64,000 bases of DNA from an uncultured Planctomycetaceae bacterium (GCA_964428895.1 CAYRZU010000008.1:326-64325); one strand, 5' to 3'; positions 19,798 through 29,250 are shown, counted from the first letter of the stretch. Program-made: numbers and translations. The notes: a model not told the origin generated them from the letters alone.

Positions 19798-21585
19798 ATG
19801 ACGGACGAAGGCTTTGCCATACGGTGTCCATTTTGCTTTGAATGGTCGGAATGGCGCAAACACCCCAGCACCATAGCGGTCAGCGACAGGGCCGAGATGA
19901 AAGACCTCCTGAGCCAGTGCCAAGGCGACCACCCGGTGTCGCCGGACTCCAAGATCCTCCGATGCAAACGCCCGTTCTGGGTCTGTCCAGGGCCGTTCGA
20001 GGCGTTCGTCTGCAACACCGAAGATGACGCCTTCGAGTTCATCGAGATGGCCGACGCGTGGTCCATCAAACGGGACTTCCGGCTATACAAGCTGGATCGA
20101 ACCCAGCGCTGGGAGGGCCAGTACTACGGCATTCTCTTCTCGATTCGACCGGTCCCGAGACAAAGACACATTGAACTGGAGCGGCTGATCGACCCACAGC
20201 TTCTCTCGTGCACACTCAGCGGCATTGCCGAAGAGATCAGAGCGCCCGTGACGATCTACGCCGCAAGCTCCTATCTCTCTCCCGACGGCACGGAAGTCGC
20301 CTGGCTGCCGATCGAGAGCTACCAGCCTCGAAAGCGATTCGTCCCCCCTCGATACAATCCCATCTGCGAGCTGTTAAGAGGCGAGGCCTTGAGCCCGGTG
20401 CTCAATGAGTTCCACAACATCACCCAAGAGAACTGCCCTCAAGAGCTGGGCTGCAAGGGCGCCTGCGGGGGGAGGCTGTGTGTGCCGTGCCTCAGCCGCG
20501 AGTGGAACCACTGTCCCGCCTTTCTGATGGAACGGAGGAAGCGGGGTCTCTGCTATTCGCACGATATGGAGATGATTGATCGACTCATACAGACCTGGGG
20601 GGAAGACACCCGATGTCCGCAGCCCATCCAGGAATCCTGTTGGGCCGGCTTCACTGAGGTGGCGATTCCCATTGTTGTGCATGACCTGCTGGTTGGCGTG
20701 GCGATGACGGGGCAGTTCGTCATCGATCCCGACGAGGTCGCTCTCGGGGACAACATCGTCGACCGCTTGCCGGGACTGGATTACAGCCGCGAGAAACTTG
20801 AGCGATTCATCGAGGTCGCTCGCGGGCGAGCGCCCAGGGATGATGACGAACGACGCTTGGCCGATTTTGTGGTCTCAACTGAGGACGTCGATGAGAAGGT
20901 TGACGTCATCGTCAATCACGGCAAGCAGCTTGCGCAAACAGCGACGGCCCGGTATCGAGACCTCCGGTTGAGATCGGAGTCTCTATTCAAACAGGAGCTG
21001 CTCGGCCGAATCAACGACGGTGCTGACGAACCAGCCGCTATCGATGAGAAGCTCCTGGAACTGCTCGGACGCATGCGGGAGTACTGGGGATTTGAGGCGG
21101 TGTACCTACTCCTGTCCCCCAAAGAGGAGCCCAGGGTCCACGCCATCGCCTTTTCCGGGACGACCACGGAAACGTACTTCGGGTTTAACACGAAAGCGGC
21201 TGGGAGGATCGAACAGGACTATCGGCAGGACTACCCAAGTCCACTGATCATCGATTTCTCGAAGCTACGGACGCCGACCGGCAAGTATGCCAAGGACTTA
21301 CAGACCGTCCTCATGAACGCTCGAATGGACCCGGACCTGTGCTTGCCGACCGATGGTCGCTTCTACTTCTGCGCCTTAGTGCCGATGAGGCAGTGCCTAG
21401 CCGGCTTGGTCTTCGCCGGGCGACAGCAAGGGGCCGTCAGCCCCCTCAAGCATCGCGTTGAGGGAGGGATCAGCGATCTCTGTCAGGAGGTCATCTTTGA
21501 TACCAGTATCCAGATTATCCGGCGCCTAGAGGAGGTCTACGGCCCGTACTTGGGCGTCCCAGTGCCCGGGGCGGCCTCGGCTTAG
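19798..21585 (+). CDS. Cys-rich PocR-domain sensory protein with C-terminal GAF-like region
   Basis: GAGG RBS; PocR motifs LERLIDPQLL, PICELLR, CYSHD and CWAGFTEVAIPIVVHDLLVGVAMTGQF; N-terminal CPFC...C..C. Confidence 0.7.
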   Translation: MTDEGFAIRCPFCFEWSEWRKHPSTIAVSDRAEMKDLLSQCQGDHPVSPDSKILRCKRPFWVCPGPFEAFVCNTEDDAFEFIEMADAWSIKRDFRLYKLDRTQRWEGQYYGILFSIRPVPRQRHIELERLIDPQLLSCTLSGIAEEIRAPVTIYAASSYLSPDGTEVAWLPIESYQPRKRFVPPRYNPICELLRGEALSPVLNEFHNITQENCPQELGCKGACGGRLCVPCLSREWNHCPAFLMERRKRGLCYSHDMEMIDRLIQTWGEDTRCPQPIQESCWAGFTEVAIPIVVHDLLVGVAMTGQFVIDPDEVALGDNIVDRLPGLDYSREKLERFIEVARGRAPRDDDERRLADFVVSTEDVDEKVDVIVNHGKQLAQTATARYRDLRLRSESLFKQELLGRINDGADEPAAIDEKLLELLGRMREYWGFEAVYLLLSPKEEPRVHAIAFSGTTTETYFGFNTKAAGRIEQDYRQDYPSPLIIDFSKLRTPTGKYAKDLQTVLMNARMDPDLCLPTDGRFYFCALVPMRQCLAGLVFAGRQQGAVSPLKHRVEGGISDLCQEVIFDTSIQIIRRLEEVYGPYLGVPVPGAASA

Positions 21586-21710
21586 CGGGCCCTACGCATG
21601 AAGGTCAGCCGGCCGCCGAACAAAAGGGGACGACGCTTGTGCGAAGGGAGTCGGTATACCCAGGTCGGTCGAGGAACTGATCCGCGAAATGCTCCTTCCC
21701 CCTTCTTGCT

Positions 21711-22400
21711 TTAGCGGCTCTGGTAGAGCTCTTGCAGGGCCGGAACGTCGAGCAGGGCGATGCGGGGGCCGTCGACCTCGATGAGGCCTTGGTCGGCGAG
21801 CGTCTTGAGGGCGCGGCTGAGGGTCTCGGGGGCCGCGGCAATTCGGGCGGCGAGTTGGCGCTTGGTTTGGCTCAGCTCGAAGGTGAAGGCCCCGGCGGCG
21901 TCGGCCTCCGCCAGCAATACGCCGGCCAGGCGGGCGGGCACGTCCTTGAGTGACAGGTCGTCAATCAGGTCGGCGAACTCCTGGAGCTTGCGACTCATGC
22001 CCAGCAGCATGCCGGCCGCCAGAGCGGGGTCTTTGGCGAGGGCGGCCTCGACGGCGCGGCGGGGGACGGCCAGCAGGGCGCAATCGCTGACGGCCTCGGC
22101 GGCGGCGGGGTAGTGGCCGCCGGCCCAGAAGGCGGCCTCGGCGAAGGTCTTGCCCGGGCCGTAGAGGTGGAGGATCTGCTCGTCGCCCTTGGGCGAAACG
22201 CGGAAGACCTTAACCTGACCCGAAAGGATCAGGAAGAACGCGTCGGCCTCGGCGCCCTCGGCGAAGATGCGCTGCCCGGCGCGACACTCGCGCACGTTGC
22301 AGGCCGCGGCCAGGTCGGCCAGGACCCGTTCATCCAAGGCCGAGAAGGCCGGCACGGTCTTGATCGCGGCGGCAAGTGCAGCCTTGTCCATGGGCGTCAT
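21711..22400 (-). CDS. Crp/Fnr-family transcriptional regulator (HcpR/Dnr-like)
   Basis: cNMP-binding fold (GQVKVFRVSPKGDEQIL, FAEAA..YPAAAEA); HTH LAARIAAAPETLSRAL; no FNR N-terminal Cys cluster. Confidence 0.88.
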   Translation of the reverse strand: MTPMDKAALAAAIKTVPAFSALDERVLADLAAACNVRECRAGQRIFAEGAEADAFFLILSGQVKVFRVSPKGDEQILHLYGPGKTFAEAAFWAGGHYPAAAEAVSDCALLAVPRRAVEAALAKDPALAAGMLLGMSRKLQEFADLIDDLSLKDVPARLAGVLLAEADAAGAFTFELSQTKRQLAARIAAAPETLSRALKTLADQGLIEVDGPRIALLDVPALQELYQSR

Positions 22401-22410
22401 TATACAGGCG

Positions 22411-24240
22411 CTAGCTCTTGAAGGCTTTGGTCGCCCTAAACGGCGCGGCGATGGTGACGCCCTCGGCCAACGCTTCCAGTTGCGGGATGTCGGCTACGGT
22501 CAGCAGGTCGGGCACGAACATGGCCTGATGGTGGATGTATTCGGTCTCGCGCTCGTAGAGGCCCACGAGCGACAGATAGTAGCCGACCTCGGCGCGGATG
22601 TCGGAAAACAGGCCCGGCTCCATGGCGGCCGCCATCAGGGCCATGAAGCCCTGCGGGAACCCGCCGGTAACCAGGCGCACCTTGGGGGCCCCGGCGAGCT
22701 TCTTGGCCCAACGGGCCAGGGCGATTGTTTGGGCGACCTGCTCGCCCAGGATGCGTCGCCCGGCGGCGTCCATCAGCATCAGCCATTGGTGCTCGGCCGA
22801 CGAGCAACCGAAGCCGAGCAAATCGGTGGTGACCACGGTGCGGTCGTCGGCCATCTCGCGGTGCACGTCGGCCAGGTCGCCCCAGGTGGAAAAGACCAGG
22901 TCGACGGTCTTGGTCTTGGCGTTGGTGTCGACCGCCACAGGCAGCGTCCACGGGCCGACGCGGAACTGATAGAGATCGGCGCCGTCGTGTCGGCCGACCT
23001 TGGTGGCCTTGCCGACGTAGCGCGGCAGGCGGATCAGCTCTTTGACCTTCTTGCGCAGGGAGGCCTTTTGGGCTTTGGTGGTGGGGGTGCGGAGCTTGGC
23101 GGCGGTTTCGCGAGCGGTTCGGGCGGCGACGGTCATCATCGACGACTGATTCAGCGGCAGGCCCACGAACAGCTCGCGTTCGGTGAAGATCTCATCGTCG
23201 GTGTGCAGGTCCTCGAGGCCGAACGCCATGCCGAATTGCTCGCCCAGGAACTTGTAGAGCTGGCCGCGGCTGTCAGCTTCGTAGTTGTGCGTGCCGGGGT
23301 CGGTGTTGTTGTAGAAAACGAAGTCGGCGCCCATGGCCTCGAAGGTCGGCCTCACGGCGTCGACCACGAGGGGCTTGGTGCGATCGGTGCGGAAGCAGCA
23401 TTCGTCGCGGTCGTTCATGATCGACAGCGTCGGCCGTGGGGCGAGCATGGCGGTCATGGTGTCGAAGTCCAGCACCGTGCCCATGTCCGGGGGAACTTGT
23501 TCCAAGTCGCCGACCTCGCCGGGGCTAAACAAGCGCCCGCGAATGGTGGTATAGCCGGCCACGGGGATCACGTGGGTGATGCGGGTATCGAGCGACGAAA
23601 AGACAATGGTCTGCCAGCCGCCACCGGATAGGCCCGTCATGGCGACGCGCTTCTTGTCGGCGTTGGGGTGGGCCAGTAGCACGTCCAGGCCCTTGGCCAT
23701 GTTCAGGAAGTACATACCCACGCCGCCGAGGCCGGCGAGTTCCAGGAACGCGATGCGGTTGTGGTCGCGATCCTTGGTCAGTTCGCTCATGCCGGCGAAC
23801 TCGAAATTGAAGGCCAGCATCCCCCGGCGGGCGAGGTTGGCGCAGCGGGCCTGTTTGTAGTCGGTGGCCTTGCCGCCATCGTGGTGGCCGTTGGCGTTGA
23901 AGACGACCGGGACCTTGCCGGTGAGCTTCTTGGGCTGATAGAGCAAGGCGGGCACCCAGTAATCGGGCAGCACTTCGTAGCGCAGCTTGCGGATGACGTA
24001 GGGGGCGCCTTTAGGCTTGAGCACATCTCCCCAGACCACGGTGGGCTTGGCGCGGACAATCTTTTCCGGCCAGTTGCGGAGGTAGATCTTCTTGAGCGCG
24101 TCGCGGCGAATTGCCTCGGCCTGGGCGGGCCACGCGTGGGCGTCCGTGGGCGCCTTGAACTTCGGCAGGAGGCTATCGATGAAAGCGACGAGTTGCTCGT
24201 CGGTCGATTTCGAGAGAGGGATGTTCTGAAGAATGCCCAT
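22411..24240 (-). CDS. Alpha/beta hydrolase (acetyl xylan esterase-like)
   Basis: NANGH, nucleophile motif TGLSGGG, MLAPRP and GTHNY. Confidence 0.75.
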   Translation of the reverse strand: MGILQNIPLSKSTDEQLVAFIDSLLPKFKAPTDAHAWPAQAEAIRRDALKKIYLRNWPEKIVRAKPTVVWGDVLKPKGAPYVIRKLRYEVLPDYWVPALLYQPKKLTGKVPVVFNANGHHDGGKATDYKQARCANLARRGMLAFNFEFAGMSELTKDRDHNRIAFLELAGLGGVGMYFLNMAKGLDVLLAHPNADKKRVAMTGLSGGGWQTIVFSSLDTRITHVIPVAGYTTIRGRLFSPGEVGDLEQVPPDMGTVLDFDTMTAMLAPRPTLSIMNDRDECCFRTDRTKPLVVDAVRPTFEAMGADFVFYNNTDPGTHNYEADSRGQLYKFLGEQFGMAFGLEDLHTDDEIFTERELFVGLPLNQSSMMTVAARTARETAAKLRTPTTKAQKASLRKKVKELIRLPRYVGKATKVGRHDGADLYQFRVGPWTLPVAVDTNAKTKTVDLVFSTWGDLADVHREMADDRTVVTTDLLGFGCSSAEHQWLMLMDAAGRRILGEQVAQTIALARWAKKLAGAPKVRLVTGGFPQGFMALMAAAMEPGLFSDIRAEVGYYLSLVGLYERETEYIHHQAMFVPDLLTVADIPQLEALAEGVTIAAPFRATKAFKS

Positions 24241-24376
24241 CAGGTAAATCCTTTCGGCGGTGGCAACGATTCGCAGCGGAGCATGATACCGTTGGCTGGG
24301 CCTGCGGGGTAGCGATTTTGGCGGTCGGACAGGTAAGCCTGCCGGCCCGGGCGGACGCGGAAGGAGGATTTTGAAT

Positions 24377-24421
24377 TTGACAAAGGATTCGGTATCGTGA
24401 AGATTGTTCGCCTTGCCGAAC
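24377..24421 (+). promoter_or_regulatory. Sigma70 promoter (-35 TTGACA) followed by palindromic operator GTTCGCCTTGCCGAAC
   Basis: TTGACA at 24377; imperfect palindrome at 24406-24421 is a 14/16 match to the perfect copy at 25468. Confidence 0.6.
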
Positions 24422-24452
24422 TTTGTGGTCCGGCGGACAGGAGCCCGGATCG

Positions 24453-24887
24453 ATGGCGCCTCTGAAATCAGCCAAACTGACAGCCAGCCTGGAAGACTAC
24501 CTGGAGGCGATCTTCCAGATCGTCCAGGACAAGCAGGCGGTCCGCGCCAAGGACATCGGCGAACGGCTGGAGGTGGGGCGGTCGTCGGTGACCGGGGCGC
24601 TGCACGCCCTGGCGGACCGGGGGCTGATCAACTACGCCCCCTACGACGTGATCACCCTGACGGCCAAGGGGTCGTCGGTGGCCAAGCAGATCGTCCGGCG
24701 CCATGAGGCGTTGCAGGACTTCTTCGTGAAGGTGCTGTCGGTCGACGCCGAGGCGGCTGAGGCGGCCGCCTGCAAGATGGAGCACGCGGTGTCGGAGGAA
24801 GTGCTGGAGCGGTTCGTGGAGTTCGTGGAATACGTGGACAACAGCCCGCCCGACGTGGCCAAGCGGATTCGTCGTTTCGGCCGATAG
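24453..24887 (+). CDS. DtxR/MntR-family metal-dependent repressor
   Basis: LTASLEDYLEAI, SSVTGAL, RRHEAL and ACKMEHAVS. Confidence 0.92.
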   Translation: MAPLKSAKLTASLEDYLEAIFQIVQDKQAVRAKDIGERLEVGRSSVTGALHALADRGLINYAPYDVITLTAKGSSVAKQIVRRHEALQDFFVKVLSVDAEAAEAAACKMEHAVSEEVLERFVEFVEYVDNSPPDVAKRIRRFGR

Positions 24888-24908
24888 CGGCCCGACCGGG
24901 AACAACCC

Positions 24909-25169
24909 ATGATGCAAGCCGACGACAAGCAAGAGACGGCCCTGACGCTCAAGTCGCTCAAGCCGGGCGAGCGCGGGGCCATCGTGAAGATTTCCGGTGG
25001 CGGGAGCATTCGGCGGCGCTTGCTGGACATGGGCGCCACCGCCGGGACGGAAGTGAAAGTCGAACGGGTCGCGCCGCTGGGCGATCCGATTGAGATCAAG
25101 ATCAAGGGCTACAACCTGACGCTCCGGAAGGAAGAGGCCGAACGCATTTCGGTAACGCCTCTGTCCTGA
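24909..25169 (+). CDS. feoA: Ferrous iron transport protein A
   Basis: RRRLLDMG...VERVAPLGDPIEIKIKGYNLTLRKEEA. Confidence 0.93.
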   Translation: MMQADDKQETALTLKSLKPGERGAIVKISGGGSIRRRLLDMGATAGTEVKVERVAPLGDPIEIKIKGYNLTLRKEEAERISVTPLS

Positions 25170-25188
25170 CCTTCGCCATGGACGACCG

Positions 25189-25440
25189 ATGCCCCCCCCC
25201 CTTGTCCCATTGAATGACGTCGATGCCAGGCAGCGCGTTCGGATTTCGCAGATCCAGGGCGGGCACGACTTGACGGCGCGCCTCTGCGCGATGGGTCTGA
25301 CGCCGGGCGCGTCGGTGGATGTAATTGCCACCGGCGGCGGGCCGATGATTCTGGACGTGCTGGGCAGTCGGCTGATGCTGGGGCGTGGCATGGCGGCGAA
25401 GGTGCTGGTGCGTGTGACCGGCGAGGCGCCGGACAAATAG
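25189..25440 (+). CDS. feoA: Ferrous iron transport protein A (second copy)
   Basis: RLCAMGLTPG...GPMILDV.GSRLMLGRGMAAKVLV; start uncertain because of a C10 tract. Confidence 0.88.
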   Translation: MPPPLVPLNDVDARQRVRISQIQGGHDLTARLCAMGLTPGASVDVIATGGGPMILDVLGSRLMLGRGMAAKVLVRVTGEAPDK

Positions 25441-25465
25441 ACAACCGTTTGTTTTTTTCGGAAGG

Positions 25466-27673
25466 ATGTTCGGCATGCCGAACTTTTCAAATCAGGACGG
25501 GACGACGCCCGGGCCGATCACGGTCGCGCTGGCGGGCAACCCCAACTCGGGCAAGACCACGGTCTTCAACGCCCTGACCGGCGCCCGTCAGCACGTGGGC
25601 AACTACCCCGGCGTGACGGTGGAGAAGAAGGAAGGCACGTGCCGCCACGATGGGCTTGAGATGAAGATCGTTGACCTGCCGGGCACGTACAGCCTGACGG
25701 CCTACTCCATCGAGGAACTGGTGGCGCGGGACTTCATCATCGGGGAGGGCCCGGACGTGGTGGTCGACATCATCGACGCCTCGAACATTGAGCGGAACCT
25801 GTACCTGGCCGTCCAGATCATGGAGTTGGGGGCGCCGCTGGTGTTGGCGTTCAACATGTCCGACGTGGCCGAGCGCCGCGGTCTGCAATTCGACCTGCCG
25901 CTGTTGGAGCAACTGCTCGGCGCGAGAATCGTGCCGATGGTGGGCAACCGGGGCATCGGCCGCGAGGAGTTGCTCGATGCGGCCGTCGAGATCGCCCAAT
26001 CCGGCGTGTGCAGTCAGCCCAGCCGTATCGACTACGGCGAGGAGATCGAGGAAGAGCTAGCCACGCTGACCCAACTGATCTGCCAATCCGATACCGCGCC
26101 GATCGGCGCGCCGAATCGCTGGGTGGCGCTAAAGCTGCTGGAAGGCGACACCGAACTTCACGAGCAGATTCACGATCCGGCCTTGCTGGCCGCAGCCGAG
26201 CGGTCGGTCCAGCACCTGGAGAACGTCTTGGGCGACACGCCCGAGGCCCTGATTGCCGACCGCCGGTACGGCTTCATTTCCGGGGCGTGCCAGGAAACGG
26301 TCCGCAGTACGGTCGAGAGTCGTCACAGCCGATCCGATCGCATCGACTCGGTGGTCACCAATCGCATGCTGGGGTTGCCGATCTTCGCGCTGCTGATGTT
26401 CGCGGTGTTCCAGTTGACCTTCACGCTGGGCGCCCCGCCGATGGGGTGGATCGAAGCCGGCTTTGAGTGGTTGGCCGGGACGATTAACGGGTGGTGGCCG
26501 GCCCAGTCCGACAGCCTGCTGCGGAGCCTGCTGGTCGACGGCATCATTGGCGGCGTGGGCGGGGTGGTGGTCTTCCTGCCGAACATTCTGCTGCTGTTCC
26601 TGGCGATTGCGATCTTGGAGGACAGCGGCTACATGGCGCGGGCCGCCTTCATTATGGATCGCCTGATGCACAAGATCGGCCTGCACGGCAAGAGCTTCGT
26701 GCCGATGCTGATCGGCTTTGGCTGTTCCGTCCCGGCCATCATGGCCACCCGCACGCTGGAGAGCCGGAAGGACCGGCTGACCACCATGCTGGTCGTGCCG
26801 CTGATGAGTTGCGGGGCGCGATTGCCCATCTACATTCTGATTATCGCGGCGTTCTTTCCCGAGAAGGCCCTGTTCAGCGTGTTCGGCATGGAGGTGACTA
26901 CCCACGCGATGTGGATGATGCTGATCTACGTAATCGGCATGGTGCTGGCGATCTTTTGCGCCAAGCTGCTCAAGGCCACGGTCCTGCGCGGGGAAACGCC
27001 GCCGTTCGTAATGGAACTGCCTCCCTATCGCATGCCGACGGTCAAGTCCGTTAGCGTTCACATGTGGAACCGCGGGGGGATGTACCTCAAGAAGGCCGGC
27101 ACGATCATCCTGGGCATTTCGATTCTGCTCTGGGCGATGCAACAGTGGCCGGGCCTGCCGACCGACCAAGCGGGGCGGTTTGAGAACCAGCGCGCCATGA
27201 TCGAGGCCCGGCCGGCCGATCACCCCGAAGCCAAGGAGTTGCTACTGGCGAACGTTGATCACGCCGAGGCCGAGGCGGCGTTGAAGCAGTCGCTGATGGG
27301 ACGGGTGGGGCACGGCCTGGCGCCGGTCCTTCGGCCTTGCGGATTCGACTGGAAGATTTCGACGGCCATGATCGGCGCGTTCGCGGCTAAGGAGGTGTTC
27401 GTGGCGCAAATGGGCATTGTCTACTCGCTGGGCGAGGGCGCCGATGAGCGGTCCGAGCCCCTTCGAACCAAGCTGCAGGCCAATTACACGCCGCTGCAGG
27501 GATTCTGCATCATGTTGTTCTGCCTGATCAGCGCGCCGTGCATGGCCACCATCGCCATCACCCGGCGGGAGAGCAACTCCTGGCGGTGGGCGCTGTTCCA
27601 ACTGGGGGGGCTGACCGTGTTGGCGTGGATTCTGACCACGGCCGTCTATCAGATCGGCCGGCTGTTCGCTTAG
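25466..27673 (+). CDS. feoB: Ferrous iron transport protein B
   Basis: GNPNSGKT, VGNYPGVTVE, DLPGTYSL, NMSD; membrane domain with GFGCSVPA and MSCGARLP. Confidence 0.97.
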   Translation: MFGMPNFSNQDGTTPGPITVALAGNPNSGKTTVFNALTGARQHVGNYPGVTVEKKEGTCRHDGLEMKIVDLPGTYSLTAYSIEELVARDFIIGEGPDVVVDIIDASNIERNLYLAVQIMELGAPLVLAFNMSDVAERRGLQFDLPLLEQLLGARIVPMVGNRGIGREELLDAAVEIAQSGVCSQPSRIDYGEEIEEELATLTQLICQSDTAPIGAPNRWVALKLLEGDTELHEQIHDPALLAAAERSVQHLENVLGDTPEALIADRRYGFISGACQETVRSTVESRHSRSDRIDSVVTNRMLGLPIFALLMFAVFQLTFTLGAPPMGWIEAGFEWLAGTINGWWPAQSDSLLRSLLVDGIIGGVGGVVVFLPNILLLFLAIAILEDSGYMARAAFIMDRLMHKIGLHGKSFVPMLIGFGCSVPAIMATRTLESRKDRLTTMLVVPLMSCGARLPIYILIIAAFFPEKALFSVFGMEVTTHAMWMMLIYVIGMVLAIFCAKLLKATVLRGETPPFVMELPPYRMPTVKSVSVHMWNRGGMYLKKAGTIILGISILLWAMQQWPGLPTDQAGRFENQRAMIEARPADHPEAKELLLANVDHAEAEAALKQSLMGRVGHGLAPVLRPCGFDWKISTAMIGAFAAKEVFVAQMGIVYSLGEGADERSEPLRTKLQANYTPLQGFCIMLFCLISAPCMATIAITRRESNSWRWALFQLGGLTVLAWILTTAVYQIGRLFA
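25468..25483. promoter_or_regulatory. Perfect 16-bp palindrome GTTCGGCATGCCGAAC (candidate DtxR-family operator)
   Basis: Perfect inverted repeat over the feoB start; near-identical site upstream of the DtxR gene. Confidence 0.6.
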
Positions 27674-27688
27674 GGCCGACGAGGTGTA

Positions 27689-27841
27689 ATGATGTGGGAA
27701 ACCGTCATCGCGATTGCGATTGTTCTGCTGGCTGCCGCCGGCGTGGGCTACGGGCTGGTCCGCAACGCCAAAGGCAAGAGCGGCTGTGGGGGTTGTGGGG
27801 GGTGTGACGAGCCGGACAGCCGGGACGGCCCGGGGCGATAG
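27689..27841 (+). CDS. FeoB-associated Cys-rich small membrane protein
   Basis: GAGG RBS; MMWETVIAIAIVLLAAAGVGYGLVRNAKGKSGCGGCGGC...; 50 aa, not listed in the ORF track. Confidence 0.8.
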   Translation: MMWETVIAIAIVLLAAAGVGYGLVRNAKGKSGCGGCGGCDEPDSRDGPGR

Positions 27842-27948
27842 CCGAACGTCGTATTTGCCGTACTCGTTCTCCCCTTTTTGCCGAAGATCGTTCAGCCTAC
27901 GCGCCGATAGATACGGTAACCACCTTACCAACCTCTAGACGAACAAGG

Positions 27949-29250
27949 ATGTTCTCAGTGCCCAAAGCTAAACAGTGGCTGGTCACATGGATGTTGCCGG
28001 CTCTGATGGTCTCGGCGGCGTTGGCCGAACCCGATCTGCCCGAGCCGCCCGCGCCCACGGGCTATCAGCCCGCGGGATTCTTCGAGCGCGAAACGCTGAC
28101 GGACGGTTGGTTCGGCATCGCTGATGAGATGGCCGAGCTGGGCATCAGCATCGACGCCGGCGTTACGCAGATCTACCAGATCGCCACGCGCGGGCCGGTC
28201 ACCCATCGCCGGTCCGGCCGCTACACCGGCAGCTACGACATCGAAGGCGAGTGGGACCTGGAGACCGCGTTCGGCCTGAGCGGATCGCGGGTGTACGTCC
28301 ACGTCGAGGGGGGCTGGTCGGACGGACTGAACGCCTCCTCGGTCGGGGCGATCCAGGAGGTCAACGGCGACGCGTTCGGTTACGACTCCATCGTGGTTAC
28401 CGAGCTATTCTGGAAGCAGCGGTTCTTCGATGGGCGGTTGCGGTTCCGCGTCGGTAAGGTCGACCTGGGGGGCGGCTTCCAGCAGCGGTTCGCCGAGGTC
28501 GGATTCGACACCAACCGCTACGCCAACGACGAGACCAGCCACTTCCTGAACGCCGCGCTGGTCAACAACCCCACCATTCCGTTCCCCGACTATCCCCTGG
28601 CCATGACGGTCATGGTCGAGCCGATCAAAAATGTCTGCTTGCAGGCGGCCGTCGCCGACGCCGAAGCCCACCGCAACACCAGCGGCTTTAAGAGCGCCTT
28701 TTCCGGCAAGCCCAACTACTTCTTCATCTACGAGGCCCATTTGATGGCCCAGTTGCCCACGCCCAACGGCAAGATGCCGGGCGGCTATCGCGTGGGCTTC
28801 TGGCACGATACGTCGGACAAAGACCGCCACGACGGTTCCCGGGAGTCCAGCAACGACTTCGGCCTCTATACCAGCATCAACCAGATGCTATTCAAGGAAA
28901 CGCCCGACGATCCGGACTGCGAGCAGGGCGCCGGCGTGTTCGGGCGCTTGGGCTTTGCCGACGGCGACGTCAACGAGATTCACACCGCCTGGTCAGCTGG
29001 CGCCCAGTACCAGGGGCTGATCCCTTCGCGCGATGACGACGTGCTGGCGTTCGGCGTGGCTCAGAGCTTTCTGGACATGCGGGCGGGCTTCAGCAAGGAC
29101 AGCGAGACGGCCTTCGAGATCTACTACAAGATCATGGCCACGCCGTGGCTGGAAATATCGCCCTCGATCCAGCACGTGATCAACCCCGGCGGGGCCGCCA
29201 ACGCCGCCGACGCGACCATCTTCGGCATCCGCATTCAGATCACGCCGTAG
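27949..29250 (+). CDS. OprB-family (carbohydrate-selective) porin
   Basis: Signal peptide; RETLTDGW, RVGKVD, FDTNRYANDE, FLNAAL and FEIYY...ISPSIQHVINPG. Confidence 0.85.
   Translation: MFSVPKAKQWLVTWMLPALMVSAALAEPDLPEPPAPTGYQPAGFFERETLTDGWFGIADEMAELGISIDAGVTQIYQIATRGPVTHRRSGRYTGSYDIEGEWDLETAFGLSGSRVYVHVEGGWSDGLNASSVGAIQEVNGDAFGYDSIVVTELFWKQRFFDGRLRFRVGKVDLGGGFQQRFAEVGFDTNRYANDETSHFLNAALVNNPTIPFPDYPLAMTVMVEPIKNVCLQAAVADAEAHRNTSGFKSAFSGKPNYFFIYEAHLMAQLPTPNGKMPGGYRVGFWHDTSDKDRHDGSRESSNDFGLYTSINQMLFKETPDDPDCEQGAGVFGRLGFADGDVNEIHTAWSAGAQYQGLIPSRDDDVLAFGVAQSFLDMRAGFSKDSETAFEIYYKIMATPWLEISPSIQHVINPGGAANAADATIFGIRIQITP

Noticed and set aside
17945-21705. Target-site duplication or att sites around the ATPase-PocR module
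   Set aside because: No convincing direct or inverted repeats at the ends and no integrase or transposase, so the insertion is inferred only from context.
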